From an uncultured Muribaculaceae bacterium (GTDB lineage Bacteria > Bacteroidota > Bacteroidia > Bacteroidales > UBA932), in NCBI GenBank assembly GCA_964368585.1, contig CAYJAK010000012.1, positions 19,277 through 83,276 on the forward strand: a stretch of 64,000 nt of DNA. The letters are read 5' to 3'. Under the pieces are notes generated by a model that did no database searches, was not told where the DNA came from, and saw only the letters and a program-made list of their open reading frames with translations. Shown piece after piece: positions 19,682 to 28,980 of this stretch. Made by a program: the position numbers and the translations under genes. Numbering within the stretch: position 1 is the first letter of the stretch; each line of letters starts with the position of its first letter.

Positions 19682-19689
19682 CAAAGCTA
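19682..19689 (-). promoter_or_regulatory. -7-type box TAGCTTTG immediately upstream of the S24/S26 peptidase ATG
   Basis: The minus strand reads ..TTTTTTTTATAGCTTTGTAAGATG. The box ends only 4 nt before the ATG at 19677, so it is either a (near-)leaderless mRNA or a chance match. Confidence 0.25.
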
Positions 19690-19690
19690 T

Positions 19691-19735
19691 AAAAAAAAGA
19701 GAGAATGACCAATATGATTTTTATTGGCCACTCTC
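19691..19735 (-). terminator. Rho-independent terminator of the leu operon
   Basis: The minus strand reads GAGAGTGGCCAAT-loop-ATTGGTCATTCTCTC (imperfect stem) followed by T8, 56 nt after the leuB stop. Confidence 0.65.
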
Positions 19736-19790
19736 ATTATTCAAATATTTATTTTTGAATTGTAATATTTTGATTATTAGTCTATTCTTT

Positions 19791-20882
19791 TTAATTCTTC
19801 TCAATCCATTCAACAACAAAATCTCCAATTTGCGATGTTGTATAAATCTTTGCGCCCTCTGCTGCTAACTCTGGAGTTACTATGCCATTATCAACCGCAT
19901 CTTTGCAGGCATTTCTAATTAAGGTAGCTTCTTGAATCATACCAAATGAGGTCTCTAACATCATTGCTGCAGATAAGATTGTTGCAATAGGATTTGCTAT
20001 ACCTTTTCCAGCACCTTGAGGGAAAGAGCCGTGGATAGGCTCATATAGAGCAACTTTGCTGCCAATAGATGCAGATGGTAATAATCCAATAGAACCCGTG
20101 ATAACACTAGCTTGATCGCTTAAAATATCTCCAAAAAGATTCTCTGTAAGTAGAACATCAAATAGGGTAGGAGCAGTTACAAGTTGCATAGCGGCATTAT
20201 CTACAAACATATACTCTAATTTAACACCCTTATTTGCGTACTCTTTTTGGTATAATTCGGTTACAACCTCTCTCCATAATCTAGATGTAGCTAGAACATT
20301 TGCCTTGTCAACAAGATGCACTAAACCTCTCCTCTTTAGAGCAGCCTCAAACGCAACTCTACTAATTCTTTCAATCTCATTCCTTGTGTAAACGCAAGTA
20401 TCAAAGGCTACCTCTCCATTCTCTGATCTACCTCTTGGCTCACCAAAATATAACCCACCAGTTAGTTCTCTAACAATCAAAAGGTTTGCACCGTTAATAA
20501 CCTCCTCTTTCAGTGGAGACTTATCGCTTAGAGCCTCAAAAGGTTCAACTGGGCGTAGGTTAGCATATAGACCTAAATTTTTACGCATTTTCAATAGCCC
20601 CTGTTCAGGTCTCACCTTTGCATTTGGATTGTTATCATATTTTGGATCACCGATAGCTCCAAAAAGAATAGCATCTGATTCAGAACAAACTTGATGTGTT
20701 TTATCGGGATAAGGGTCACCATAAGAGTCAATTGCGGCTCCACCAACCTCTGCGTAGTTATACTCAAAATTGTAATTATATTTTGTCCCGATAGCATCTA
20801 AAACTTTAGTTGCCTCGTTAATAATTTCTGGACCGATACCATCGCCTGGTAAAACAGCTATTTTTATAGATTTACTACTCAT
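19791..20882 (-). CDS. leuB: 3-isopropylmalate dehydrogenase
   Basis: KIAVLPGDGIGPE at the N-terminus and the NLFGDILSD motif. It is the last gene of the leu operon. Confidence 0.95.
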   Translation of the reverse strand: MSSKSIKIAVLPGDGIGPEIINEATKVLDAIGTKYNYNFEYNYAEVGGAAIDSYGDPYPDKTHQVCSESDAILFGAIGDPKYDNNPNAKVRPEQGLLKMRKNLGLYANLRPVEPFEALSDKSPLKEEVINGANLLIVRELTGGLYFGEPRGRSENGEVAFDTCVYTRNEIERISRVAFEAALKRRGLVHLVDKANVLATSRLWREVVTELYQKEYANKGVKLEYMFVDNAAMQLVTAPTLFDVLLTENLFGDILSDQASVITGSIGLLPSASIGSKVALYEPIHGSFPQGAGKGIANPIATILSAAMMLETSFGMIQEATLIRNACKDAVDNGIVTPELAAEGAKIYTTSQIGDFVVEWIEKN

Positions 20883-20895
20883 CTCTTCTTAAAAT

Positions 20896-21498
20896 TTAAT
20901 CTCTATTTTGTTCATACTTTTCTATCTGCTCCTTAGTAGTTAGGAGATAATCAATATCTTCATACCCATTTAGTAGGCAATCTCTCTTATATGGAGTTAT
21001 TGTAAATATCTCTCTCTTCCCTTGCGAATTACAGATCTCAACGGAGCACTCTTGTAGATTTACGTTAAGCATCGTAGATGAGTTAGAGTTGAATTGAGAA
21101 AATATCTCAGCCAAAAACTCCTCGCTCACTTGAATTGGCAATATCCCATTATTAAGTGCATTATTCTTGAAAATATCTGCAAAGAAGCTAGATATAACAA
21201 CCTTGAAGCCGTAATCTGCAATTGCCCAAGCGGCGTGTTCTCTACTTGAACCACATCCAAAATTCTTTCCTGCAACTAAAATCTTAGGCTTATCACTAGA
21301 CTCTTCCCACTTTGCAAAAGCAGAATCAGATTTATATTCATTATTATCAGAGTATCTCCAATCCCTAAACATATCAGCACCAAATCCCTCTCTAGTGGTT
21401 CTTTTTAGAAAGCGAGCTGGGATAATCTGGTCAGTGTCAATGTTTTCAACTGGTAAGGCAATTATTTGCGATTTAATAATATCTATCTTATCAAACAT
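20896..21498 (-). CDS. leuD: 3-isopropylmalate dehydratase small subunit
   Basis: [13 protein letters not shown] and [13 protein letters not shown] signatures. Confidence 0.95.
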   Translation of the reverse strand: MFDKIDIIKSQIIALPVENIDTDQIIPARFLKRTTREGFGADMFRDWRYSDNNEYKSDSAFAKWEESSDKPKILVAGKNFGCGSSREHAAWAIADYGFKVVISSFFADIFKNNALNNGILPIQVSEEFLAEIFSQFNSNSSTMLNVNLQECSVEICNSQGKREIFTITPYKRDCLLNGYEDIDYLLTTKEQIEKYEQNRD

Positions 21499-21513
21499 CT
21501 TTCTTATTATTAA

Positions 21514-22884
21514 TTATAAAGTTGGAGAACTAATTTTACCTGTAATTGCACCCATTGCAGCAACAGCAGCTCCACAAAGGATTGTTCTTGCTCCACTACC
21601 TTGTCTTCCTTCAAAATTTCTATTAGAAGTAGAGAGTGCGTACTTCTCTGCTGGTACTTTATCATCATTCATTGCGAGACAAGCAGAACATCCTGGTTGA
21701 CGAAGCTCAAATCCAGCCTCTTTAAGTACCTCTAAGATCCCCTCAGAAACTATCTTCTGCTCCACCTCAACAGAGCCAGGTACTAACCAAACAATAACAT
21801 TTTCAGCCTTTTTCTTGCCTTTAACATATTGTGCAAAAGTTCTAAAATCCTCAATTCTACCATTTGTGCAGCTTCCTACAAAAACATAGTCAATTGATTT
21901 GCCTTCCATCTTATCTCCTCCTTCAAAACCCATATAAGATAGAGCTTTAATATCATCGGGATTATCAGTAACAGGGATGCTTCCCGATACAGGAACGCCA
22001 CATCCCGGGTGAGTACCCCAAGTTACCATCGGTTCTATATCTTCGCCATTAAAATTGAATTCAGCATCAAATTTAGAATCTGAATCGCTCTTTAATAGAC
22101 TCCATTTAGCAACTGCTGCATCAAAATCTTTTGGACTATTTGGTCTCCCTTTTAAATATTCAAATGTAGTTTTATCGGGAGCTACCATACCTCCTCTAGC
22201 CCCCATTTCAATACTCATATTGCAAACTGTCATTCTCCCCTCCATACTCATCTGCTCAAATACTTCTCCTGCGTACTCCACAAAATATCCAGTTCCACCA
22301 GCCGTGCCAATCTTTGAGATAATATAAAGTATAACATCTTTTGGTGTAACGTGCTCTGCAATCTTGCCATTAATGATAATTCTCATCTGTTTTGGCTTGT
22401 TTTGAAAGAGTGTTTGCGTAGCTAGAACCATCTCAACTTCAGATGTACCTATCCCAAAGGCTATAGATCCAAAAGCCCCGTGAGTGGCTGTATGGCTATC
22501 TCCACAAACGATTGTCATACCAGGCTGAGTGATCCCTTGTTCTGGTCCAATTACGTGAACGATTCCGTGTTGAGGAGATAACATTGGATAATATGTTATT
22601 CCAAACTCCTTGCAATTTTTCTCAAGTAGTTCAATTGGAATACGAGAAGATTCGTCTGAAATTGGTTTGTCTTGATCTATTGTAGGGATGTTATGGTCTG
22701 CTGTGGCAAATGTTTGGCTAACTCTAAATGGAGAGACTCGCCTCTTACGTAAACCTTCAAATGCCTGCGGACTTGTTACCTCGTGAATGAAATGTGTATC
22801 AATATAGATTTGAGTAGGTGCTCCAGATGTTTTTTCTGGAACGATATGTGCCTCCCAAACTTTATCAAAAAGCGTTTTGCTCAT
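21514..22884 (-). CDS. leuC: 3-isopropylmalate dehydratase large subunit
   Basis: Aconitase-family motifs VCGDSHT, GSCTNGR and NRNFEGRQG. Confidence 0.95.
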   Translation of the reverse strand: MSKTLFDKVWEAHIVPEKTSGAPTQIYIDTHFIHEVTSPQAFEGLRKRRVSPFRVSQTFATADHNIPTIDQDKPISDESSRIPIELLEKNCKEFGITYYPMLSPQHGIVHVIGPEQGITQPGMTIVCGDSHTATHGAFGSIAFGIGTSEVEMVLATQTLFQNKPKQMRIIINGKIAEHVTPKDVILYIISKIGTAGGTGYFVEYAGEVFEQMSMEGRMTVCNMSIEMGARGGMVAPDKTTFEYLKGRPNSPKDFDAAVAKWSLLKSDSDSKFDAEFNFNGEDIEPMVTWGTHPGCGVPVSGSIPVTDNPDDIKALSYMGFEGGDKMEGKSIDYVFVGSCTNGRIEDFRTFAQYVKGKKKAENVIVWLVPGSVEVEQKIVSEGILEVLKEAGFELRQPGCSACLAMNDDKVPAEKYALSTSNRNFEGRQGSGARTILCGAAVAAMGAITGKISSPTL

Positions 22885-22910
22885 TATAATATTATTATTT
22901 TACGTTTTCT

Positions 22911-24407
22911 TTAAATGAATTTGCTAATAGCGTCAACTAAAGCCTCTGCAGATGCCGTAACTGTATCTGTATTTGCAGAGAATCCATAATACAAGTTACC
23001 TTGGTTCTCTATCTGAACGTGAACTTTACCAACATCGTTACAACCTCTAGTGATTGCCTGTACAAGATACTCTTCTACAACAATTTTTCTATTTATAAGC
23101 TTCTTAATTGCATTAAATGAGGCATCAATTGGGCCGTTACCCTCCGAAGTCGCTTGACAAATCTCTCCATCAATAACCAGCTTAACTGTGGCCATTGGAA
23201 CAGATCCTCTACCACATACAACTTGCAAAAACTTTAATCTAATTTTACGTTGCGCCTCACTTCTGCTTACACCTGCAATAATTAGCAAGTCGCTATCATT
23301 AACATCCTTCTTACTATCTGCTAGTAATAAGAATTTTTTATATGAATCATTAAGTTCTTCTTCTGATAACTTAACACCAAGTCTCTCATAATGATGATTT
23401 AATGCAGCTCTACCACTACGTGCTGTTAGTGTAATTGATGACTCATTAATTCCAACATCAGATGGATCTATAATCTCGTAACTCTCTCTATTTTTTAAGA
23501 CCCCATCTTGATGTATTCCAGATGAATGAGCAAATGCGTTCCTGCCAACAATAGCTTTATTTGGTTGAACTGGCATTCTCATTAGAGTTGAGACTAATCT
23601 AGAATTTTTATGAATTTGTTTTGTATCTATATCTGTATAGAATGGCATATCCTTATGACATTTAATAGCCATTACAACCTCCTCTAATGAGGTATTTCCT
23701 GCTCTTTCTCCAATTCCATTAATTGTAACCTCTACCTGCCTTGCTCCATTTACTACTCCCGATATTGTATTTGCAGTAGCCATTCCCAAGTCATTATGAC
23801 AATGAGTAGAGAGTATTGCCTGATCAACATTTGAAACATTATCAATAAGATACTTAATTTTTGCTCCGTATTCCCATGGTGTACAGTAACCAGTTGTGTC
23901 AGGAATATTAATAACAGTTGCACCAGCCTTAATTACAGCCTCTACAACTCGTGCTAAATATTCATTATCTGTTCTACCTGCATCCTCGGCATAAAATTCA
24001 ACGTCATCAGTAAAGCGCCTAGCATATTTTACAGCTTTTATAGCCCTCTCGATAATCTCCTCTCTATTTGAATTAAACTTGTGCTTTATATGTGAATCAC
24101 TAGTACCGATACCAGTATGTATTCTCTTTCTTTTTGCAAAATGTAGTGCCTCTGCAGCAACCTCAATGTCCTTCTCTACAGCTCTAGTTAGGGCACATAT
24201 TACAGGTTCAGTAACGTTTTTAGAGATCTCTACAACAGAGTTGAAATCCCCTGGGCTTGAGATTGGAAATCCACACTCAATAATATCTACTTTTAGCAGC
24301 TCTAACGATTTTGCTAACTCTATCTTTTCAATTGTATTTAATTGACAACCTGGGACTTGCTCTCCGTCTCTGAGAGTAGTGTCAAAAATGTAGATTTTTT
24401 TATCCAT
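22911..24407 (-). CDS. leuA: 2-isopropylmalate synthase
   Basis: [10 protein letters not shown] and HCHNDLG motifs, with a C-terminal LeuA allosteric domain. It is the first gene of the operon. Confidence 0.95.
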   Translation of the reverse strand: MDKKIYIFDTTLRDGEQVPGCQLNTIEKIELAKSLELLKVDIIECGFPISSPGDFNSVVEISKNVTEPVICALTRAVEKDIEVAAEALHFAKRKRIHTGIGTSDSHIKHKFNSNREEIIERAIKAVKYARRFTDDVEFYAEDAGRTDNEYLARVVEAVIKAGATVINIPDTTGYCTPWEYGAKIKYLIDNVSNVDQAILSTHCHNDLGMATANTISGVVNGARQVEVTINGIGERAGNTSLEEVVMAIKCHKDMPFYTDIDTKQIHKNSRLVSTLMRMPVQPNKAIVGRNAFAHSSGIHQDGVLKNRESYEIIDPSDVGINESSITLTARSGRAALNHHYERLGVKLSEEELNDSYKKFLLLADSKKDVNDSDLLIIAGVSRSEAQRKIRLKFLQVVCGRGSVPMATVKLVIDGEICQATSEGNGPIDASFNAIKKLINRKIVVEEYLVQAITRGCNDVGKVHVQIENQGNLYYGFSANTDTVTASAEALVDAISKFI

Positions 24408-24444
24408 AAATAATAAATTAATAGGCTTAAAACAATTTTTATAT

Positions 24445-24481
24445 AAAAAAGCTCTCTATTTTATTGATAGAGAGCTTTTTT
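24445..24481 (-). terminator. Intrinsic terminator hairpin inside the leuA leader (candidate attenuator)
   Basis: GCTCTCTAT / ATAGAGAGC form a 9-bp perfect stem (24451-24459 / 24467-24475) with a 7-nt loop, flanked by A6 and T6. On the minus strand the U-run ends about 37 nt before the leuA ATG. Confidence 0.6.
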
Positions 24482-24522
24482 GAATTTTGTTATTCCGTCA
24501 TTTACACGTTAAAAATCGCTCC

Positions 24523-24576
24523 CTAAAATGCTTTAAGCAGTCGATAATTTAGGATATTTAATGATGAAATAATCAT
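24523..24576 (-). CDS. Candidate leu leader peptide (17 aa: MIISSLNILNYRLLKAF)
   Basis: This ATG-initiated mini-ORF lies about 29 nt downstream of a -7 box. 7 of its 17 residues are Leu/Ile, with a tandem Leu pair (CTG CTT) four codons before the stop. The stop codon is embedded in a sequence complementary to the terminator 5' arm. Confidence 0.3.
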   Translation of the reverse strand: MIISSLNILNYRLLKAF

Positions 24577-24605
24577 AACTCTTATATTTTTTAACAAATC
24601 TTATG

Positions 24606-24613
24606 CAAAGATA
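24606..24613 (-). promoter_or_regulatory. -7 promoter box TATCTTTG for the leu operon leader
   Basis: TAnnTTTG on the minus strand, about 200 nt upstream of the leuA ATG. Confidence 0.4.
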
Positions 24614-24798
24614 TTAGAATTTAAACACTATCCAAATATATATTTATTAACATTCAGATTGTGAGTGAGTAGCAAAAATTAGCTATTGTAATTTATGAGA
24701 TAAATATACTTTTAAATTATAATTATGCTTATCTTTTTTTTATGAAAGTTTAACGAAAAATGGGATATTTCTATCTGTTATGGTAATAGAAAAATAAT

Positions 24799-24836
24799 AA
24801 AAAAAGCTATCTTGATTTATATCAAAATAGCTTTTT
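24799..24836 (-). terminator. Bidirectional-looking terminator after the Spy/CpxP-like gene
   Basis: GCTATCTTGAT / ATCAAAATAGC stem (one mismatch) with a 4-nt loop, flanked by an A-run and a T-run, about 40 nt after the stop at 24877. Confidence 0.6.
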
Positions 24837-24876
24837 AGATTGAATTTCTGAGACAAAATCTCTTAAATACGCGTCT

Positions 24877-25245
24877 CTATCTTCTTCGTTGCTGTTTACC
24901 TCTAGATTTATTTTCCTCTTTAAGCTTTTCAAACTTTTTCTTTTGTTCATCACTAAGTAGATTGTTGATCTCAGAATCTCTCTTCTCATTATTCTCAAGC
25001 ATTTCTTTTCTCATGTCATCACTCTTCTCTTTACGGATTTCCTCCCCTTTTTCTGCGTACTTTAAGTAGATATCATAAACTTTTTTAGATTGATCTTCAG
25101 ATAAATCTACCGATTTAGTTAACATTTCTGTCTGTCTTTTGGCAGACTCTTCTGGAGTTAATTTTTCCTGTCTATTTTGCGCCATTGCGCAAGTTGTAAT
25201 TAGTAGGGTTGCAAACGTAAGTGCAAATAATTTTAATCCTTTCAT
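24877..25245 (-). CDS. Secreted Lys/Glu-rich periplasmic protein, Spy/CpxP-like (DUF4890-type)
   Basis: Signal peptide, then two LSxxQ-type helices (LSEDQSKKVYDI, LSDEQKKKFEKL) and a basic tail. The family assignment is from memory of Bacteroidota DUF4890 proteins. Confidence 0.5.
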   Translation of the reverse strand: MKGLKLFALTFATLLITTCAMAQNRQEKLTPEESAKRQTEMLTKSVDLSEDQSKKVYDIYLKYAEKGEEIRKEKSDDMRKEMLENNEKRDSEINNLLSDEQKKKFEKLKEENKSRGKQQRRR

Positions 25246-25329
25246 ATTTTCTAATTATTAATGTGATTATATAAATTCTATACAATAGAATCAATTAATG
25301 AGAAAAGGTTTAATGGAGAAAATAATAAT

Positions 25330-25983
25330 TTAGATATTTTTAATAATATCACCTTTAACTAGCCTTGATTTTGGTAAAGATGCATTATAGTCTTTGCTAG
25401 ATCTATATCCCAAAGAGACAATGCATGAAGCGGTAAAACCTTTGCCTTTTAATCCCAGTTCGTCATTTAGAATAGTCACATCAAACCCCTCCATTGGTTG
25501 TGCATCTATACCTAACGTTGCAACACCTAATAAAAAAAATCCCAAATTTAAATAGACCTGTTTTTCTAACCAATGTACAGAATCTTTAATTTGAAATTTG
25601 TGTATATCTACAAACATACATCTACCATTGTGAGTCTGATATTTCAACTCTTCATTAGCGTACCTTGCATCTTTATCCTCTTTATTAAGAACGTGATTCA
25701 AGAACTTTTCATTCGTATCAATACGTGTAGCAAACACTACAACTGCAGATGCATCTAAAATTTTTTGTTCATTAAAAGAGTAACCTCCCTGGGTTGATTT
25801 TGCAATACGCCTCTTCCCTTCATCTGTGGAGGCAATCACAAAATACCAAGGCTGTATATTGGTAGATGATGGAGATAGTTGCAGAATAGATTCAATTTTA
25901 TCCATAAGTATAGATTCAATCTTTTTACTCGCGTCAAAAACCTTTGTAGAGTGGCGCCAGTTTAAAGTTTCAATAATATCCAT
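25330..25983 (-). CDS. NAD(P)H nitroreductase (NfsB-like, FMN-dependent)
   Basis: 217 aa. RHSTKVF near the N-terminus, PSSTNIQPW, and a nitroreductase-fold pattern. Confidence 0.85.
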   Translation of the reverse strand: MDIIETLNWRHSTKVFDASKKIESILMDKIESILQLSPSSTNIQPWYFVIASTDEGKRRIAKSTQGGYSFNEQKILDASAVVVFATRIDTNEKFLNHVLNKEDKDARYANEELKYQTHNGRCMFVDIHKFQIKDSVHWLEKQVYLNLGFFLLGVATLGIDAQPMEGFDVTILNDELGLKGKGFTASCIVSLGYRSSKDYNASLPKSRLVKGDIIKNI

Positions 25984-26081
25984 AATTAATCTTATTTAAA
26001 GTGTGAATAATAAATAATTAACAGAGTATAAATTGGATTGTTTATTAAAATTTATTTAATCTAATTGAATTTAAAAATGAA

Positions 26082-26126
26082 ATAGGGTATCTAGATATTT
26101 ATTAAATCAATATCTAGATACCCTAT
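26082..26126 (-). terminator. Strong hairpin terminator after hpf
   Basis: ATAGGGTATCTAGATA / TATCTAGATACCCTAT form a 16-bp perfect stem with a 13-nt loop. T-rich sequence follows on the minus strand. Confidence 0.7.
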
Positions 26127-26156
26127 TTTATTAGAGTTTTATATCAAAATTTACTT

Positions 26157-26450
26157 CTACCTTTGGGCTCTTTTTTCTTTAATTTTAACAAGTTGCTCTT
26201 TTAGTACATCTACGCAATCAACAACAGCATCTTCAAATGATGATGCATTTCTCTCTACAAATAGATCCTTTCCAGGGATGAAGACCCTAATTTTTACATC
26301 TTTATTGTCATTGTCTGGTAGCAAAGAGAGTGTTACTTCGCAGCTTACAACTTCGTCATAAAATTTACTTAGTTTACTAACTTTCTTGTCAATAAAATCT
26401 AATAACTTTTGATCTGCATCAAATTTTACGGATTGAATTCTAATATCCAT
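26157..26450 (-). CDS. hpf: Ribosome hibernation-promoting factor / RaiA (short form)
   Basis: 97 aa. MDIRIQSVKFDADQKLLDFIDKKVSKL... is a typical HPF/YfiA sigma-54-modulation-protein fold sequence. Confidence 0.9.
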   Translation of the reverse strand: MDIRIQSVKFDADQKLLDFIDKKVSKLSKFYDEVVSCEVTLSLLPDNDNKDVKIRVFIPGKDLFVERNASSFEDAVVDCVDVLKEQLVKIKEKRAQR

Positions 26451-26451
26451 A

Positions 26452-27381
26452 TTAACCTCCTTTCTTAGCTCTTGGATGAGCAGTTTTATATGTTTGTTTT
26501 AATTGTTCAAAAGAGTTGTGAGTGTAAATTTGCGTTGCAGCTAATGAGGAGTGCCCCAAAACCTCTTTAATTGAGTTAAGATCGGCTCCATTATTTAATA
26601 GGTGCGTAGCAAAAGAGTGCCTCAATTTATGCGGTGATTTTTTACCGCTAAACCCTTTCAAACCTGTTAATTCCTTTTTTACTATATTATTAACAAATTG
26701 AAGGTATAATGTTTCACCTTTATCAGTTAAAAATAAAGAACTATTCTCCCCATTGTAAAACTCCTTTCTCTTCCGTAAATATAGGGTAATATTTTCTAAT
26801 AAAAAAGGATTTAATGGAATTTTTCTCTCTTTATTTCCCTTCCCGATAATTTTTATCGTATTTGTAGCAAAATCCACATCTCTGACAGATATAGATATAA
26901 TTTCAGCCCTTCTTATCCCTGCAGAGTATAGCATATGTACTATGAGCTTATCTCTTCTTGAAAAGAAATCATCATTTGTATCATAGTTTAAATATTTGTC
27001 AATTGACTCTTTATCATAAAATTCTGGAAGCCTTTTTTTCTGTTTAGGTCTAAATATCTTCTTTGCAGGGTTCTCAGTTATCTCTCCACTCTTTAATAAG
27101 TATGAACAGAAGCTACTAAGTGCACTTATGTGCAGATTTACAGTTGTGCTACTCAACCCACTATCAATAGAAAAAGCTATATATCCTCTAATATTATTTG
27201 ATGTAAGTACCTCTTTTTGAGTATCAATACTAACCTCTAGAATCTCTTTAGTGAATATTTTGGGATTAATATCTAAGATATATGAATAAAATCTCTCTAT
27301 AGCACTATTATAGAGTGTACAAGTACGCTCTGAATAACGTTTCTGTATGCGAATATACTCTATGAAGGGTAGCCAAATCAT
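26452..27381 (-). CDS. Tyrosine site-specific recombinase, XerC/XerD-like (chromosomal)
   Basis: RRAEI, HKLRHSFATHLL and LGHSSLAATQIYTH catalytic boxes. It is translationally adjacent to hpf (1-nt gap) and near rpsU, a housekeeping context in Bacteroidota. Confidence 0.8.
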   Translation of the reverse strand: MIWLPFIEYIRIQKRYSERTCTLYNSAIERFYSYILDINPKIFTKEILEVSIDTQKEVLTSNNIRGYIAFSIDSGLSSTTVNLHISALSSFCSYLLKSGEITENPAKKIFRPKQKKRLPEFYDKESIDKYLNYDTNDDFFSRRDKLIVHMLYSAGIRRAEIISISVRDVDFATNTIKIIGKGNKERKIPLNPFLLENITLYLRKRKEFYNGENSSLFLTDKGETLYLQFVNNIVKKELTGLKGFSGKKSPHKLRHSFATHLLNNGADLNSIKEVLGHSSLAATQIYTHNSFEQLKQTYKTAHPRAKKGG

Positions 27382-27399
27382 ACAATGATAATTATTCTA

Positions 27400-27615
27400 T
27401 TATTTTTTTAAACTATACTTAACAAGAGCGACTAGTACAAATATAAATGAGGTAGTAGCAATAGACCAAACGATCGAGATATGTTTTATGAAAAAAGAGC
27501 TGAAATATGTTCCTGAAAGAGTACCAATAGATAATAAATAGAGTTTAAGCAGGACAAAATCAGTAGCATTAAACTTTTGAATAGATTGTAATAATGTTTG
27601 AATAAGCTTTGACAT
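27400..27615 (-). CDS. Small two-TM membrane protein, unknown function
   Basis: 71 aa with an ATG start and two hydrophobic segments, 18 nt upstream of the recombinase gene. I recognise no family. Confidence 0.4.
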   Translation of the reverse strand: MSKLIQTLLQSIQKFNATDFVLLKLYLLSIGTLSGTYFSSFFIKHISIVWSIATTSFIFVLVALVKYSLKK

Positions 27616-27766
27616 AGTTGTGTTTTATTTTTACAAATTTAATAAATTTCCATTGCAAAGACAGAAAAAAATGATTAATTTAATAGCGGGAGGATAACTC
27701 TCATTTAAGATCAAGGTTTACTTCTGAAAGTGTAAAATATATTTTGGACTTTATTTACTAAATATA

Positions 27767-27774
27767 TATTTTTG
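27767..27774 (+). promoter_or_regulatory. -7 promoter box TATTTTTG for the M48 peptidase gene
   Basis: TAnnTTTG match 44 nt upstream of the ATG at 27818. Confidence 0.4.
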
Positions 27775-27817
27775 CGAACTTTTTTTGGGGAAGAGATTTT
27801 AAAAATAATATAGAAAA

Positions 27818-28630
27818 ATGAAGAAAATTAATTGGAAATTGATGGTCGCACTCTCTATTGCGATGCTAATGTTTGTTGCGTGTGCAACGGTACCTTTAAC
27901 AGGGCGTAGGCAGTTGAACTTATTACCTCAATCTGAGCTTAATGCAATGGGATTAACAGGCTTTGATGACTTTATGAAAACAGCAAAACCTTCTACTAAT
28001 AAAAAGAATGTAGCTATGGTAAAGAGTGTTGGTGAAAAAATAGCAGCTGCAGTTGAACAATATTTAAGAGATAATGGGATGGAAGATCAGATAAGTAATT
28101 TTAATTGGGAATTTGAGCTAGTAGATGACCCGACTCCAAATGCGTGGTGTATGCCTGGTGGAAAAATTGTTTTTTATAGTGGAATTCTACCCTATACAAA
28201 AAATGAGGCAGGAATTGCTGTTGTTATGGGACACGAAATTGCTCACGAAGTTGCTCGCCACGGAAATGAGCGTATGAGTCAACAGATGGGTGTACAGGCG
28301 GTAGCAGCAGGATTACAATATGCTTTAAAAGAGAAGCCTGAGCATACTCAACAGATTTATATGGCAGCTTTTGGCGTAGGTTCTCAATATGGTATGCTAC
28401 TACCATTCTCTCGCAAGCACGAGAAGGAGGCTGATCGTTTAGGTTTGGTATTTATGGCATTAGCAGGCTATAATCCAGCAGAAGCTGCAGATTTTTGGAC
28501 AACAATGTCAAATAGTGGTGGAGAGAAGGTTCCAGAGTTCTTGAGTACACACCCCGCTGATGAGACTCGTATTGCAGAGATAAAAGCATATTTGCCAGAA
28601 GCAAATAAGTATTATAAGCCAATTCGCTAA
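27818..28630 (+). CDS. M48-family zinc metalloprotease lipoprotein (YcaL/LoiP-like)
   Basis: Lipoprotein signal (FVAC), HEIAHEVARH (HExxH) and a downstream EKEAD motif. Confidence 0.85.
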   Translation: MKKINWKLMVALSIAMLMFVACATVPLTGRRQLNLLPQSELNAMGLTGFDDFMKTAKPSTNKKNVAMVKSVGEKIAAAVEQYLRDNGMEDQISNFNWEFELVDDPTPNAWCMPGGKIVFYSGILPYTKNEAGIAVVMGHEIAHEVARHGNERMSQQMGVQAVAAGLQYALKEKPEHTQQIYMAAFGVGSQYGMLLPFSRKHEKEADRLGLVFMALAGYNPAEAADFWTTMSNSGGEKVPEFLSTHPADETRIAEIKAYLPEANKYYKPIR

Positions 28631-28680
28631 GTGATGAGATTAAATTTTTGACAAAAATTAATAGATTAGAAGTAAATTAA

Positions 28681-28720
28681 AATAGGGTGCCTCGAAATTA
28701 AATCGAAACACCCTATTTTT
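28681..28720. terminator. Hairpin terminator between convergent M48 gene and rpsU
   Basis: AATAGGGTG / CACCCTATT form a 9-bp stem, with an inner TCGA/TCGA extension. TTTTT follows on the plus strand. Confidence 0.55.
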
Positions 28721-28757
28721 CTATTTAAAATGTATGCAAATACAAATCTGCTACGAT

Positions 28758-28949
28758 TTACTCTTCATTCAAAAATAACTTCTGAACATAAGCAGCTTTC
28801 TTAAGCTCCTCGCGTCTTTTAACAGATTTCTTAACAAAAGTTTTTCTGCCTCTAAGTTCGCGAACTGTACCAGTTTTCTCGAATTTACGCTTAAATTTCT
28901 TTAACGCTTTTTCAATGTTTTCGCCTTCTTTAATTGGAACTATAATCAT
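28758..28949 (-). CDS. rpsU: 30S ribosomal protein S21
   Basis: 63 aa. MIIVPIKEGENIEKALKKFKRKFEKTGTVRELRGR... is canonical bS21. Confidence 0.95.
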   Translation of the reverse strand: MIIVPIKEGENIEKALKKFKRKFEKTGTVRELRGRKTFVKKSVKRREELKKAAYVQKLFLNEE

Positions 28950-28958
28950 AATTTATAC

Positions 28959-28967
28959 CACCTCCTT
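28959..28967 (-). promoter_or_regulatory. Perfect Shine-Dalgarno AAGGAGGTG upstream of rpsU
   Basis: The minus strand reads ...AAAAGGAGGTGGTATAAATTATG. The 9-nt match to the anti-SD lies 9 nt from the ATG. No comparable SD is visible at the other genes in this window. Confidence 0.65.
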
Positions 28968-28980
28968 TTTCTTGTGGCTG

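Noticed and set aside
24408-24876. T-box or other riboswitch upstream of leuA
   Set aside because: The leader is too short for a T-box, and no T-box sequence or specifier-loop architecture is visible. The leader-peptide model fits the observed elements better.
26452-27381. Tyrosine recombinase as a marker of an integrated mobile element
   Set aside because: There are no flanking direct or inverted repeats, cargo genes, tRNA target, excisionase or composition shift. The gene is 1 nt from hpf and close to rpsU, which matches the conserved chromosomal Xer-type context in Bacteroidota.
6117-28717. Three terminator hairpins (6118, 26082, 28681) sharing a TAGGGT(A/G) start, considered as a possible REP-like repeat family
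   Set aside because: Only a 7-9-nt core is shared, and the loops and the remainder of the stems differ. Three instances are too few to separate from chance among GC-anchored terminator stems.
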